From the IMG/VR virus record IMGVR_UViG_2734482790_000004: a DNA stretch of 64,000 nucleotides. One strand, given 5' to 3'. The first letter of the stretch is position 1. Each line of letters begins with the position of its first letter. Both the position numbers and the translations under genes were made by a program. Below the pieces are notes generated by a model. It was not told the DNA's origin and made no database searches. It saw nothing but the letters and a program-made list of their open reading frames with translations. Positions 1 through 10,396 of this stretch are shown piece by piece. The stretch comes from a virus (taxonomy: Duplodnaviria > Heunggongvirae > Uroviricota > Caudoviricetes).

Positions 1-3000
1 ATGCCCGTCGATTTTCTGACCACTGAGCAGGAACTGAATTATGGTCGCTATGTTGCAGAACCCAATGACGTGCAGCTGGCGCGCTATTTTCATCTTGATG
101 AGCGGGATCTTGCCTTCATTAACCAGCGGCGGGGAAGGCATAACCGGCTGGGAATTGCGCTTCAGCTCACCACCGCCCGTTTTCTGGGCACCTTTCTGAC
201 AGACTTAACCCGGGTTCTGCCAGGTGTTCAGCAATTTGTCGCGGTGCAGCTTAATATTCGCCGTCCGGAAGTCCTTACCCGCTACGCAGAACGGGTTACC
301 ACCCTCAGAGAGCATACTGCGCTGATTAAGGAATATTACGGTTACCATGAATTTGGTGATTTCCCCTGGTCTTTCCGCCTGAAGCGCCTGCTGTACACCC
401 GCGCATGGCTCAGTAATGAGCGACCCGGCCTTATGTTTGATTTTGCCACCGCGTGGCTGCTTCAGAATAAGGTCCTGCTGCCCGGAGCAACCACACTTGT
501 ACGTCTCGTCAGTGAAATACGCGAACGGGCAAATCAGCGGCTGTGGAAGAAACTGGCCGCGTTGCCGGACAGCTGGCAGACCGCCCGCGTGACGGAGCTT
601 CTGGACATTCCTGAGGGGCAGCGTACTTCACCGCTGGAGCAACTGAAAAAGGGACCGGTCACCGTCAGCGGCCCGGCATTTACCGAAGCGCTGGAGCGGT
701 ATATCCGGCTGCGAAACCTGGAATTTTCCCGACTGAATTTTACCGGTCTGCCTGCTATACAACTGCGTAATTTGGCCCGTTACGCAGGCATGGCGTCGGT
801 AAAATATATCGCGCGAATGCCACAGCAGAGAAAACTGGCCGTACTCACAGCATTCGTTAAAGCGCAGGAGACTGCGGCGCTGGATGAGGCCGTTGATGTG
901 CTCGATATGCTGATACTGGATATCACTCGTGCGGCGAAGAAAACGGGGCAGAAAAAACGGCTCAGGACGCTTAAAGATCTTGATCGTGCTGCGCTAATAT
1001 TGGCGCGGGCATGTTCATTGTTGCTGGATGAACAGGCTGACGATGCTGAACTGAGGGAGACCATATTCAACAGCATACCGAAAAGCAGGCTGGCAGAATC
1101 CGTCAGCAAGGTAAATGAGCTGGCCCGGCCTCAGAACAACAATTTCCATGACGAAATGGTGGAGCAGTACGGGCGGGTAAAGCGCTTTCTTCCGGCGGTA
1201 TTGCGCGACCTGCATTTCCAGGCAGCGCCAGCCGGAGAACATACGTTGTCCGCCATTCATTATCTGACCGAACTGAACGGCTCGAAAAAGCGCATCCTGG
1301 ACAATGCGCCTGAACATATTATTACCGGCCCCTGGAAACGCCTGGTATACGATGCGGAGGGCCGGATACAGCGTGCCGGTTACTCGCTTTGTCTGCTGGA
1401 GCGCCTTCAGGATGCACTACGTCGAAGGGACATCTGGCTCGAAAACAGCGATCGCTGGGGAAATCCCCGCGAGAAGCTGTTGCAGGGGGAAGAATGGCAG
1501 GCTCAGCGGGTCCCCGTTTGCCGGGCGCTGGGACATCCCACTGATGGACATAAAGGCGTGCAACAGTTGGCGGTCCAGCTAGATGAAACCTGGAAAACCG
1601 TCGCATCCCGCTTTGAAGGAAATGCGGAGGTTCATATTTGCCATGACGGTAAACATCCTTCCCTGACTATCAGCAGCCTGGAGAAACTGGAGGAGCCAAC
1701 ATCGTTGCATCGTCTCAACAGTCGGGTAAGGCTGCTACTCCCGCCAGTAGATTTGACGGAACTGTTGCTTGAAATAGATGCCAGAACGGGATTTACACGT
1801 GAGTTTACGCATGTCAGTGAATCCGGGGCCCGGGCACAGGATCTGCACATCAGCCTGTGCGCGGTCCTGATGGCAGAGGCCTGCAATATCGGGCTGGAAC
1901 CGCTGATAAAGCACAATATACCGGCGCTGACGCGCCACCGGCTTAGCTGGGTAAAACAGAATTACCTCCGGGCAGAAACGCTGGTCAGCGCCAATGCCCG
2001 CCTGGTTGATTTTCAGTCCACACTGGAGCTTGCTGGCCGCTGGGGTGGTGGCGAAGTGGCTTCAGCTGATGGCATGCGCTTTGTCACGCCGGTGAAAACC
2101 GTCAATTCAGGACCTAACAGAAAATATTTTGGTTCCGGACGTGGCATCACCTGGTACAACTTCGTCTCTGATCAGTACTCTGGATTCCACGGCATCGTTG
2201 TCCCCGGCACATTACGAGATTCCATTTTTGTGCTGGAAGGCCTTCTGGAGCAGCAGACAGGGCTGAATCCGGTTGAGATCATGACAGACACAGCCGGTAC
2301 CAGCGACATTATTTTTGGCCTCTTCTGGCTGCTGGGATACCAGTTTTCCCCCCGGCTTGCCGATGCCGGTGAAGCGGTATTCTGGCGAGTGGATAAATCG
2401 GCAAATTACGGTGCACTGGACGAACTGGCACGTGGTTGTGCCGATCTGTCGAAAGCCGAGGATCAGTGGGATGAGATGATGCGAACCGCCGGTTCGCTGA
2501 AACTGGGCACCATTCATGCTTCAGAACTCATTCGCTCTTTGCTGAAAAGCTCGCGCCCATCAGGGCTGGCACAGGCGATCATGGAAGTGGGGCGCGTCAA
2601 CAAGACGCTGTACCTTCTTAATTATATTGATGATGAGGATTATCGTCGGCGGATCCTGACGCAGCTAAACCGGGGGGAAGGCCGCCATGCTGTGGCGAGG
2701 GCGATCTGCTACGGGCAGCGCGGTGAGATCAGAAAGCGCTATCGTGAAGGTCAGGAAGATCAGCTGGGGGCACTGGGCCTGGTCACTAACGCAGTGGTAC
2801 TGTGGAACACACTTTATATGCAGGAAGCCCTGAGCTGGATACGCAGTAATGGAGAAGAAATCGGGGTTGAAGATATCGCCCGGTTGTCCCCACTGATGCA
2901 CGGGCATATCAATATGCTGGGGCATTATACGTTTACGCTACCGGAGGATATTTTGAAGGGGGAACTGAGAGAACTAAATTTCAATTTAAACAATGAATTA

Positions 3001-3009
3001 ACTTCTTAG
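1..3009 (+). CDS. tnpA: Tn3-family transposase TnpA (1002 aa)
   Basis: ORF begins at window position 1 with ATG; N-terminus MPVDFLTTEQ and about 1000-aa length are typical of Tn3-family TnpA; stop codon lies inside the terminal inverted repeat. Confidence 0.9.
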   Translation: MPVDFLTTEQELNYGRYVAEPNDVQLARYFHLDERDLAFINQRRGRHNRLGIALQLTTARFLGTFLTDLTRVLPGVQQFVAVQLNIRRPEVLTRYAERVTTLREHTALIKEYYGYHEFGDFPWSFRLKRLLYTRAWLSNERPGLMFDFATAWLLQNKVLLPGATTLVRLVSEIRERANQRLWKKLAALPDSWQTARVTELLDIPEGQRTSPLEQLKKGPVTVSGPAFTEALERYIRLRNLEFSRLNFTGLPAIQLRNLARYAGMASVKYIARMPQQRKLAVLTAFVKAQETAALDEAVDVLDMLILDITRAAKKTGQKKRLRTLKDLDRAALILARACSLLLDEQADDAELRETIFNSIPKSRLAESVSKVNELARPQNNNFHDEMVEQYGRVKRFLPAVLRDLHFQAAPAGEHTLSAIHYLTELNGSKKRILDNAPEHIITGPWKRLVYDAEGRIQRAGYSLCLLERLQDALRRRDIWLENSDRWGNPREKLLQGEEWQAQRVPVCRALGHPTDGHKGVQQLAVQLDETWKTVASRFEGNAEVHICHDGKHPSLTISSLEKLEEPTSLHRLNSRVRLLLPPVDLTELLLEIDARTGFTREFTHVSESGARAQDLHISLCAVLMAEACNIGLEPLIKHNIPALTRHRLSWVKQNYLRAETLVSANARLVDFQSTLELAGRWGGGEVASADGMRFVTPVKTVNSGPNRKYFGSGRGITWYNFVSDQYSGFHGIVVPGTLRDSIFVLEGLLEQQTGLNPVEIMTDTAGTSDIIFGLFWLLGYQFSPRLADAGEAVFWRVDKSANYGALDELARGCADLSKAEDQWDEMMRTAGSLKLGTIHASELIRSLLKSSRPSGLAQAIMEVGRVNKTLYLLNYIDDEDYRRRILTQLNRGEGRHAVARAICYGQRGEIRKRYREGQEDQLGALGLVTNAVVLWNTLYMQEALSWIRSNGEEIGVEDIARLSPLMHGHINMLGHYTFTLPEDILKGELRELNFNLNNELTS

Positions 3010-3042
3010 CGTACGTTTTCGTTCCATTGGCCCTCAAACCCC
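3005..3042. mobile_element. Tn3-family terminal inverted repeat (38 bp), transposon end
   Basis: Reverse complement reads GGGGTTTGAGGGCCAATGGAACGAAAACGTACGCTAAG, closely matching Tn3/Tn1000-type 38-bp IRs (GGGG...ACGAAAAC...TAAG); overlaps the tnpA stop. Confidence 0.7.
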
Positions 3043-3115
3043 TTGTATCGGATTTTCCCTGTTACTCAGCAAATCCGCAGAAGTTACGTAATAAATCTCG
3101 CACAGGATGTGTCAG

Positions 3116-3718
3116 ATGACGAAAAATAAGTATGCAACGGTCGATTTTGACCAGGTTAATGAAAAGGGGCTGAAATCCCTTATCGCGGCGATCAATAAAA
3201 CCGGTGTTACGGTAATTGAGGTTGACTCCAGCAACCGCGCAACAACGAAAGATGGCGTTAAAGTTAAAACCGCAAAGCTGGTTCTTAACGACGGACAAAT
3301 TCTTGCCATACAGGTAAACGATACTGGCGATATATCGTCTGTGAAGCTGAATGGAAAAGCTATTCCTAACGCTCAGTCGCCGGATATCAAGACGCTTGGT
3401 ACCGTCATGGGGCAAGCGGCCAGCAAAAACTCCGCAAAATTCCAGAAATCACTGATCGCCAAAGCGAAACGTGTTGCCAATCCGGTAGACAAGAAACCGG
3501 CAGTAAAATCCAACTTTCAGCGCCTGCAAGAGGCAAAACAGCGGAATGCTCAGGTGGTTGCCGCTTATAAGTCCGCGCAGAATTCGGTGTCTTTCAATCA
3601 ACAGCAGATCACTGATTTGCGGGCGAAGCTGGATAAGGAGACAGGCCGACTCAATAACGAAAAGGCCCGAAATGGCGAACTCAAACGCCGTCTTAAGCAA
3701 CTGAAAGCAGGAAATTAA
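3116..3718 (+). CDS. hdf: first gene of darA operon, Hdf-like (ORF track start 3107; second ATG at 3116 has an AGGA RBS)
   Basis: Sits immediately upstream of the 639-aa DarA ORF with 1-nt spacing; position and size fit P1 hdf (recalled, not aligned). Confidence 0.5.
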   Translation: MTKNKYATVDFDQVNEKGLKSLIAAINKTGVTVIEVDSSNRATTKDGVKVKTAKLVLNDGQILAIQVNDTGDISSVKLNGKAIPNAQSPDIKTLGTVMGQAASKNSAKFQKSLIAKAKRVANPVDKKPAVKSNFQRLQEAKQRNAQVVAAYKSAQNSVSFNQQQITDLRAKLDKETGRLNNEKARNGELKRRLKQLKAGN

Positions 3719-3719
3719 C

Positions 3720-5639
3720 ATGGAACAGTTCAATATCAATAAAGGGGTGACGATCAAGCCTGGGCTTGACGTGCTTCCCCCGCCAGTGACTGATGATGAA
3801 TATCGCGCATTAATGGCCGGTGAGGACCGCTATCTGATGACGGAATCCAACACCCTGGAGGAAATCGAGGCTACGTTCTTCTATGACACGCCGATCCACT
3901 GGTGTGCTACGGATTTACTGGAGGCGATTAGTTCTACTCGTTTGCAGTTACACCGGACCATGCAGGCATTTGTCCGGGCATTGAACCAGAAGCTGAATGG
4001 TACCGGAATCTCTGCGGGGAGTGATAAAACGGGGGATGTGGCCCAGAGCGGCGCGCGCGCGATCGGCGGTGCTGAAATTGGCCGGGCACGTAACGTTAAC
4101 GGGCTGCCGGTCCTGCCAGCCATTATTCCGCTCAGTGATGGTCAGACTATCAGCATTCTGTTTCATAGCCCGACAGCGGAAAACCGGATCACCAATAGCG
4201 ATACGCTGGTTGCTTTCCAGTTCTTACTGAATAAAAAAGACGTTACTCACACCGTTGCTCCGATGAGTGGACGTGATATGACGCTGGCGCAGGTCACCAT
4301 GAAACTTGCCAACCTTGCAGAGAAAAACTCGGCAAAATTTCAGCGTGCGCAGAAGAAGAAAAAAGCCCTTGTTGATGAAATAACCCAACTACAGGCTGAC
4401 AGTGACCAGAAAGAGGATGCCATGAGCGACCTCGCGGATCAGGTGGCAGCGGTAGAAGGGCAGAAGGTAGATCTGGAGCAGAAAATTAACGCTGTTGCAT
4501 CGGAAGCGGATTCTCTTTATGAAGAGAATGAGCGTTTGCAGACGGAGATTGATCAGCTCAATCGAACTGGTGGGCGCGAAACCATTGCTCCTGCGGGGAT
4601 GACTGGTGGACACTCTCGCGCGATGACGGATCGCCTTGCAAGTATCAAAAATCGTATGCATATGAACGGGGAAGTGACGCTCAGTAATGGTGCATCAATG
4701 AAGCAATTCATTGAGGACGGTGAAGGGTATATCCAGTTAACCGATTCGGATGGCAGCGTGTACATGATCAAGGCTAAATCCATACAGGGTGTGGACATGG
4801 CAGATGCGATCGGCAAGCTGTTTAAAGCCTATAAAGCGGGTAATGTATCGGAATACCTGGTCCAACCAGAAGAACATAAACCGGAAAACGTCGAACCTGA
4901 ACCAGCGGAGGATACCGGTAGCTCTTCGCCTGAACCAGAAGTCTCTGTAGGTGCATATCGATATGCCCTGCAAATGCGTCCGGCGGCCCCTGGCGCAATA
5001 CCTGAAGGTAACAAAGCAATTCTGCCGCGCCCTGATGAAGGTGACCCGTATTATGAATATGCACGCTACGGCATTGCTACTTACGATACCCCGCTTTCTG
5101 ATCAGCAAATGAGTGAGTACGACCTGAAGTTATTGCCTCGCGAGGATTCTTTCGACTTCCTGGCGAAGACACTTACTAATGGTCCGTTTGGCAAATATGC
5201 ACAAAAAGCTCTGGAGCTGGCCACCAGCTCACCAGACGAGTTCCGCGTAATGCTGAAAACTCAGTTTCAAAAAACTTTCCCCAATATTGCGTTTCCGGGG
5301 GGCGCTGGCACCGAGAAAATGGTGCAGAGCATGATCAATGCATTGCAGGCCGAAGTCGGTGAGATTACTCAGCCAGAACCTGCCCCGGCACAGCCTGATG
5401 AAACGGTTAGCGAAGCAGATGCAGAGGCTAATAAAGCCATTGAATATCTCAATAACGTGATGGATATGCAAAGCACTGACATGGCGGAGATCCGTAACGC
5501 CCGGGGTAATGTCCGGGAAGCGATTGCAGCCCTTCAGGCTGCCGGGCGTTTTGAGGAAAACGAAGAGCTGGTTAATGGCGCTGCTCGCCACCTGGCTGAT
5601 CTGCTGGTAGCAATCCAGAAAGCGGGGGTAGCGGCATGA
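3720..5639 (+). CDS. darA: DarA-like antirestriction/capsid internal protein (639 aa)
   Basis: 639-aa ORF in operon with downstream small and large genes; size and context match P1 DarA. Confidence 0.75.
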   Translation: MEQFNINKGVTIKPGLDVLPPPVTDDEYRALMAGEDRYLMTESNTLEEIEATFFYDTPIHWCATDLLEAISSTRLQLHRTMQAFVRALNQKLNGTGISAGSDKTGDVAQSGARAIGGAEIGRARNVNGLPVLPAIIPLSDGQTISILFHSPTAENRITNSDTLVAFQFLLNKKDVTHTVAPMSGRDMTLAQVTMKLANLAEKNSAKFQRAQKKKKALVDEITQLQADSDQKEDAMSDLADQVAAVEGQKVDLEQKINAVASEADSLYEENERLQTEIDQLNRTGGRETIAPAGMTGGHSRAMTDRLASIKNRMHMNGEVTLSNGASMKQFIEDGEGYIQLTDSDGSVYMIKAKSIQGVDMADAIGKLFKAYKAGNVSEYLVQPEEHKPENVEPEPAEDTGSSSPEPEVSVGAYRYALQMRPAAPGAIPEGNKAILPRPDEGDPYYEYARYGIATYDTPLSDQQMSEYDLKLLPREDSFDFLAKTLTNGPFGKYAQKALELATSSPDEFRVMLKTQFQKTFPNIAFPGGAGTEKMVQSMINALQAEVGEITQPEPAPAQPDETVSEADAEANKAIEYLNNVMDMQSTDMAEIRNARGNVREAIAALQAAGRFEENEELVNGAARHLADLLVAIQKAGVAA

Positions 5640-6001
5640 CACTATCAGCTATTGAGTTAATGGATCTCAGCGATAAGTTGGATGCTCTGATGTCCAAAGC
5701 GGCTACCGCGAGTGGCATGGAGTTGCTGGATATCAGCGATGAAATCGACCAGATCATGCAACAGATGGGGTACGGCGCGTCCGGCGGTGGTAGTGGCGAG
5801 GAAAAACAACCTTCGGAACATGATGGTGTGCCAAAACTGGTTGCTGATTTCCTGGCTGATAAATTCGTCGATCAGAGCACCGATGCATTTATCGGTACCT
5901 TGCAGGATTTGAGTCAATATGTTGGCACATACATCGACCTGGACCAGGTTAAACAGCACACGGCGGCATGGATAGCCGCCAACATTAAAGAGGCAGCATA
6001 A
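5636..6001 (+). CDS. ddrA: DdrA-like protein (121 aa)
   Basis: ATGA overlap with darA stop; operon position matches P1 ddrA. Confidence 0.5.
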   Translation: MTLSAIELMDLSDKLDALMSKAATASGMELLDISDEIDQIMQQMGYGASGGGSGEEKQPSEHDGVPKLVADFLADKFVDQSTDAFIGTLQDLSQYVGTYIDLDQVKQHTAAWIAANIKEAA

Positions 6002-6013
6002 GGCGTAACAGGG

Positions 6014-9001
6014 ATGAGCTTAAGCGATCAGGTGGTAATGGCCACCAGCATAGAAACGCTGATCGAGCTGCTAAAGAACTTGCCCGATTATGGGCGGGTT
6101 TCGTATGTGGTGACAGCGAAGGGAGACGAGGTAAAAACAGCGTTTGATATCGTCGATGCCTCAGCTCTTTTGGTATCCAATACTCTGGATGGGAAAATTA
6201 ATCCTGACTATCCCCAGGAACTTCAACCGCGCGACCGGACCCGCGCATCCAGCCTTCTTCAGGTTAACCAGATATCCAAGGATTTGCGGCCTGCTCAGCT
6301 TACCGATTCCGGTCTATCCAGCCATGGCGCGCCGATAATTGGTGAGGACAATGCCGTTGAGTCAGGTAATGGACGGACCATGGGGATCATTAAAGCCTAT
6401 CAGGACGGCAATGCGGATCGGTATCGTGAGTACCTGATTGATCATGCGACCGAATTCGGCATACGACCTGAAAAGGTTGAATCAATGACGGCTCCGGTAC
6501 TGGTGCGCCGCCGGTTAACTAAGGTTGACCGCGTTCAGTTTGCCAAGGACTCAAATATTTCTGATCTTCAGGAAATGGCAGCCAGTGAAAAGGCTTTTGT
6601 TGATGCCGACAGCATAACACCGGCGATGATGGCGCTTTTTAACCCGTCAGAAAGCGGAGATCTGCTTAGCCGCAGTAATGACACGTTTATTCGCGGATTT
6701 ATGACGCAAGTTGGTGCCACACAGGCGGCTGGCCTTGTAACTGAAGATGGGCGACCAACACGGCAACTTGTAGACCGTATACAAAACGCGATCTTTGCCA
6801 AGGCATATAAGGATGCGCGCCTGGTAAGGATGGTTGCAGAAGAACCTGATCCGGATATGCGTAATGTTCTGACGGCGCTTAATGCGGCAGCCAATGATTT
6901 TGTCCAGATGCAGGCTTTGTCAGGAGAAGCGCACAAGCAGGCTGTGACAACTATTGTTGATGGCATTGAGACAGCGGATAGCCTCGATAAAAAGGCGCTG
7001 GCGGCATTGAAAGATGCGGTAGACCTGGTAAGGCAATCGAAGGAGTCAGGCCAGCATATTACCGATGTTATTGCTCAGGGGGATATGTTCAGCGAAACGG
7101 CCCCGGAAGTGAAAGCACTCGCGTTGTTCATCGTCGCGAATAACCGTAGCGCGAAGCGTATGGCCACCGCCTTTAAATTGATGGCTCAACGTATCAATGA
7201 TGAGTTACAGCACCAGTGCCAGGCGCTGGGGGATATGTTTGGCGGTGGTGATGTGTCGTTACAGGATATCCTTCGCCAGGTGTCTCAGGAACTGGAAAAC
7301 GAAGGCATGCAAGGGATATCCGGCGGTCTTTTCGAGTCCGTTTCCGGCGGTAGTTACAACGGTGTTGCTCCATATACCAGTTTGCTATTACATCGGGCAT
7401 CCGGCATCAAAGACATTATTCATCTGATCAGGCTGCTTTCCCGTACAGATCCCCAGGATGAACAGCTTGTTCAAGTGCTTGCGCATTTTGTTCGAATGCC
7501 TGTTGCCGACGTGAAAAAATGGTGCCGATTATTCGGTATCAGCAATTCGTTACTTCGCGGCTTGTTAAATCACGCATCCTCCCTTGGGCGCGATGGCTTT
7601 GACGAGATAGCGCAGGCGATAAAAAACGGAGATATGCCACCAGCTATTGACTGGTTTTCCATTCGCCCAACCAGGGTGAAAGCATTCCTTAGCGCGGCGC
7701 ATTCGGCATCACCATTGGCAGAAATGGTTCAGAGGTTGTCGCTCATATTCACAGACCATACCGCGTTGGGTGATCTGACTCTGGACGAGATGAAAGAAGC
7801 CTCCATTCAGTGGGCCGATCAACAAAATGAGGTTAACTCAGACTTCTTGCCAGCATTCAGGAAGGCCGTTAGTAAAGCGGATGATGCCCGTGGAATTCTG
7901 AAGGCATTTAAGGCATTGCAAAGTCGGGTTAATAAACATGTCGGTGATATCGATGGGGTAACGGCGGAAGGCAGGGATATCCTTAAAGAGCACGGCATAA
8001 CGCCAGAGTTTATTGATGAGATCAGGACGGATATGCAGCGTGAGGTCGTATCGTCCCTGCAAATTGTAGCCAGAGCATTGGCGGATGCTAATCCGAAGAG
8101 TGCGGCCATTGTTAACCGGGTTATTGGTGATATTGAAGCATCGGAGGGCATGGGGGCGCTGAAACTCTTCCTTTCGCGAGCGTTTAATCCTAACGGCAAT
8201 ATTCTCCCTGGCATTATTGGTGAGGCTAAAAGGTATGTCAGTGAAGAAGAACTTGAGCAGCTTGACCAACTACTTAAGCGATTCTCATATAACCCGCAGA
8301 CACGCTGGCAAATGAATCAGCGAAGTATGGGTTCGGTCCACGAGAAAGTGTTATCTGCCATGAACAGTGCGATCGCAAACTCATCCGTATCTGAAGAAAA
8401 AGCTCTTGAGTGGGCCGACTCTTTTATCACGGAAGAAGTGGAAGAAGCCCGCGCTGGACAGAATGGTGGGATAGACCTGCGCAAGGAACTTGCTGATATT
8501 TATCGCCTGACCGGCGGTAAAATTTCGACCTTATCAAAGGTGGTTCACCACCAGGGAAGGGCATATGCAAATCTTAATGGTGTTGTTGCTGTCAATTTGA
8601 ACGATGAAAATGCAAGTGCACTGTGGCACGAGCTGGGTCATCATCTTGAGTACAGTAACCCTGGTTTGTTAGAGAAAGCCCGGTCATTCCTGAAGGCCAA
8701 TGTTGAAGGGGATAAGCCATCTTTCGTTAATATCGGTGGGCGTGGCAAGCCTGAATGGTGCTTCAGATCTCGATTGAGTAATATTTATATGGCGAAGGTA
8801 TACCCGCCAGCCTCAGTGAGTAACTCCGGGAAAATTCGGCAGAAAGCACCGACTATTTCAAAAACATCAGCAACGGAAGTATTCTCTATGGCTCTTCAGT
8901 TGTATCATGACAAAGAGGCCGCTGCCGCATCACTGATGAATGGTGACGGATTGCTGGAACTGTTATTAGGTGTGGCAAAGGAGCTAAATAATGCAGATTA
9001 A
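6014..9001 (+). CDS. ddrB: DdrB-like large protein (995 aa) with HEXXH motif
   Basis: Operon position and size; contains WHELGHHLEY (zincin-like HEXXH) at about nt 8627-8641. Confidence 0.55.
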   Translation: MSLSDQVVMATSIETLIELLKNLPDYGRVSYVVTAKGDEVKTAFDIVDASALLVSNTLDGKINPDYPQELQPRDRTRASSLLQVNQISKDLRPAQLTDSGLSSHGAPIIGEDNAVESGNGRTMGIIKAYQDGNADRYREYLIDHATEFGIRPEKVESMTAPVLVRRRLTKVDRVQFAKDSNISDLQEMAASEKAFVDADSITPAMMALFNPSESGDLLSRSNDTFIRGFMTQVGATQAAGLVTEDGRPTRQLVDRIQNAIFAKAYKDARLVRMVAEEPDPDMRNVLTALNAAANDFVQMQALSGEAHKQAVTTIVDGIETADSLDKKALAALKDAVDLVRQSKESGQHITDVIAQGDMFSETAPEVKALALFIVANNRSAKRMATAFKLMAQRINDELQHQCQALGDMFGGGDVSLQDILRQVSQELENEGMQGISGGLFESVSGGSYNGVAPYTSLLLHRASGIKDIIHLIRLLSRTDPQDEQLVQVLAHFVRMPVADVKKWCRLFGISNSLLRGLLNHASSLGRDGFDEIAQAIKNGDMPPAIDWFSIRPTRVKAFLSAAHSASPLAEMVQRLSLIFTDHTALGDLTLDEMKEASIQWADQQNEVNSDFLPAFRKAVSKADDARGILKAFKALQSRVNKHVGDIDGVTAEGRDILKEHGITPEFIDEIRTDMQREVVSSLQIVARALADANPKSAAIVNRVIGDIEASEGMGALKLFLSRAFNPNGNILPGIIGEAKRYVSEEELEQLDQLLKRFSYNPQTRWQMNQRSMGSVHEKVLSAMNSAIANSSVSEEKALEWADSFITEEVEEARAGQNGGIDLRKELADIYRLTGGKISTLSKVVHHQGRAYANLNGVVAVNLNDENASALWHELGHHLEYSNPGLLEKARSFLKANVEGDKPSFVNIGGRGKPEWCFRSRLSNIYMAKVYPPASVSNSGKIRQKAPTISKTSATEVFSMALQLYHDKEAAAASLMNGDGLLELLLGVAKELNNAD

Positions 9002-9296
9002 AATCGCAGCGCCATTAGGCGGAGATGCCATTATCGAATTTGATGATAATGAAGAAGTTTCCGGGCGTTTAAGCATTATCTCCGGTGACATTACCGAGGA
9101 CATGATCGCTGAAGCCATAGCTGGGGCAAATCCCAATAGCTATATGGGATTCGTTAACACCCTTGATGCTCCCGCAAGTGATGTTCTCCGAACGCTGCAT
9201 CTTTACGCTGGCTGGTTTGTCGATTGGCCAGCAGTAGAGGGTGGCGATGAGGACGACGATGATTTTGGGGATCATGTAGACCAGATCGTATATTAA
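8991..9296 (+). CDS. acidic hypothetical protein, distal gene of darA operon (101 aa)
   Basis: Overlaps ddrB stop; D/E-rich C-terminus. Confidence 0.4.
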   Translation: MQIKIAAPLGGDAIIEFDDNEEVSGRLSIISGDITEDMIAEAIAGANPNSYMGFVNTLDAPASDVLRTLHLYAGWFVDWPAVEGGDEDDDDFGDHVDQIVY

Positions 9297-9425
9297 CTCC
9301 CTGATAGTGCACAAATAATCTGTTCTGATATGTTAATTGTGTACTTAAAGTAAACGCGTAGTGGCTTGCTTTAGGTTATGGAAGCAAGCTATTGCCTAAT
9401 ATGTTAGATCAAAAAATTTTAATTT

Positions 9426-10214
9426 TTGCGTTTCGCTCACCACATATTGAACACTTTAGCCGATCTTTTAATTCTTCCAGAGTCAATCCTGAAGCTACAG
9501 TTTGGTGGAGATACCTGGACTCAGACTGATGTATTTATGACCCAGCGTGCTACTGGCGTCGCGACCTATCGTAACAATGATTTCTTCGGCTTGGTTGATG
9601 GTCTGAACTTTGCTTTGCAGTATCAGGGTAAAAATGATAGTGCTGCAAAAGTGAACAACTGGAAAGGCCGCGACGTAGTTGAATCTAATGGTGATGGCTT
9701 CGGTCTGTCAGCTACTTATGATTATGAAGGATTTGGCATTGGCGCAACTTATGCAAAATCTGACCGTACTGATGGACAGGTATCCTATGCTAAAGCCCCT
9801 CTGAATCTGAATGCCTCTGGTAAAACTGCTGAAGTATGGGCTACGGGCCTGAAATATGATGCAAACAACATTTACCTGGCTACAACTTATTCTGAAACTC
9901 AGAATATGACAGTCTTCGGTGATGACCATATCGCGAACAAGGCGAAAAACTTTGAAGCCGTTGCTCAATACCAGTTTGATTTCGGCCTGCGTCCGTCCAT
10001 CGCTTACCTACACTCTCGCGGTGAAAATATTGGTGCGTTCGGTAACCAGGATCTGGTTGAATACATCGACGTGGGCGCGACTTATTACTTTAACAAAAAT
10101 ATGTCCGCTTTCGTTGACTACAAGATCAACCTGATTGATGAAAGTGAATTTACCAAAACATCTGAGGTTGCAACCGACAACATCGTTGCTGTTGGTATGA
10201 CCTACCAATTCTAA
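9426..10214 (+). pseudogene. 5'-truncated OmpC/OmpF-family porin gene fragment
   Basis: Translation from about nt 9500 has the porin C-terminal beta-barrel pattern and ends VAVGMTYQF (porin C-terminal signature); N-terminal part of a roughly 360-aa porin is absent; ORF-track start MRFAHH is not a real porin start. Confidence 0.75.
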
Positions 10215-10289
10215 TTTTGGTAGGTAAGAATATGCGGGAAGGGAGTGATGTCACTGCCCGCATATAGGTGGCACCCTCATGCCACCTTT

Positions 10290-10314
10290 GAAGAGGCAAT
10301 AAAATTGCCTCTTC
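10290..10314 (+). terminator. stem-loop after porin fragment (GAAGAGGCAAT aaa ATTGCCTCTTC)
   Basis: Perfect 11-bp inverted repeat followed by a weak T tract. Confidence 0.4.
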
Positions 10315-10369
10315 TCAATTTAACTTCATGTTATTTATTACCTTTTTATTAATTTGAAACTCTATTGTT

Positions 10370-10396
10370 GGGGCGCTTTGTTGCGCCCATTTTTTT
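10370..10396 (+). terminator. rho-independent terminator
   Basis: GGGGCGC tttgtt GCGCCC followed by ATTTTTTT. Confidence 0.7.

Noticed and set aside
780-2925. Several 60-120-aa antisense ORFs inside tnpA (for example 780..1109, 1015..1317, 2212..2517)
   Set aside because: They lie entirely within, and antisense or out of frame to, a long well-supported transposase ORF and have no RBS or recognisable protein features.
9426-9500. ORF-track N-terminus [25 protein letters not shown] as the start of a porin gene
   Set aside because: Porins begin with a signal peptide; this segment is read-through of upstream non-porin sequence, so the feature is called a truncated fragment.
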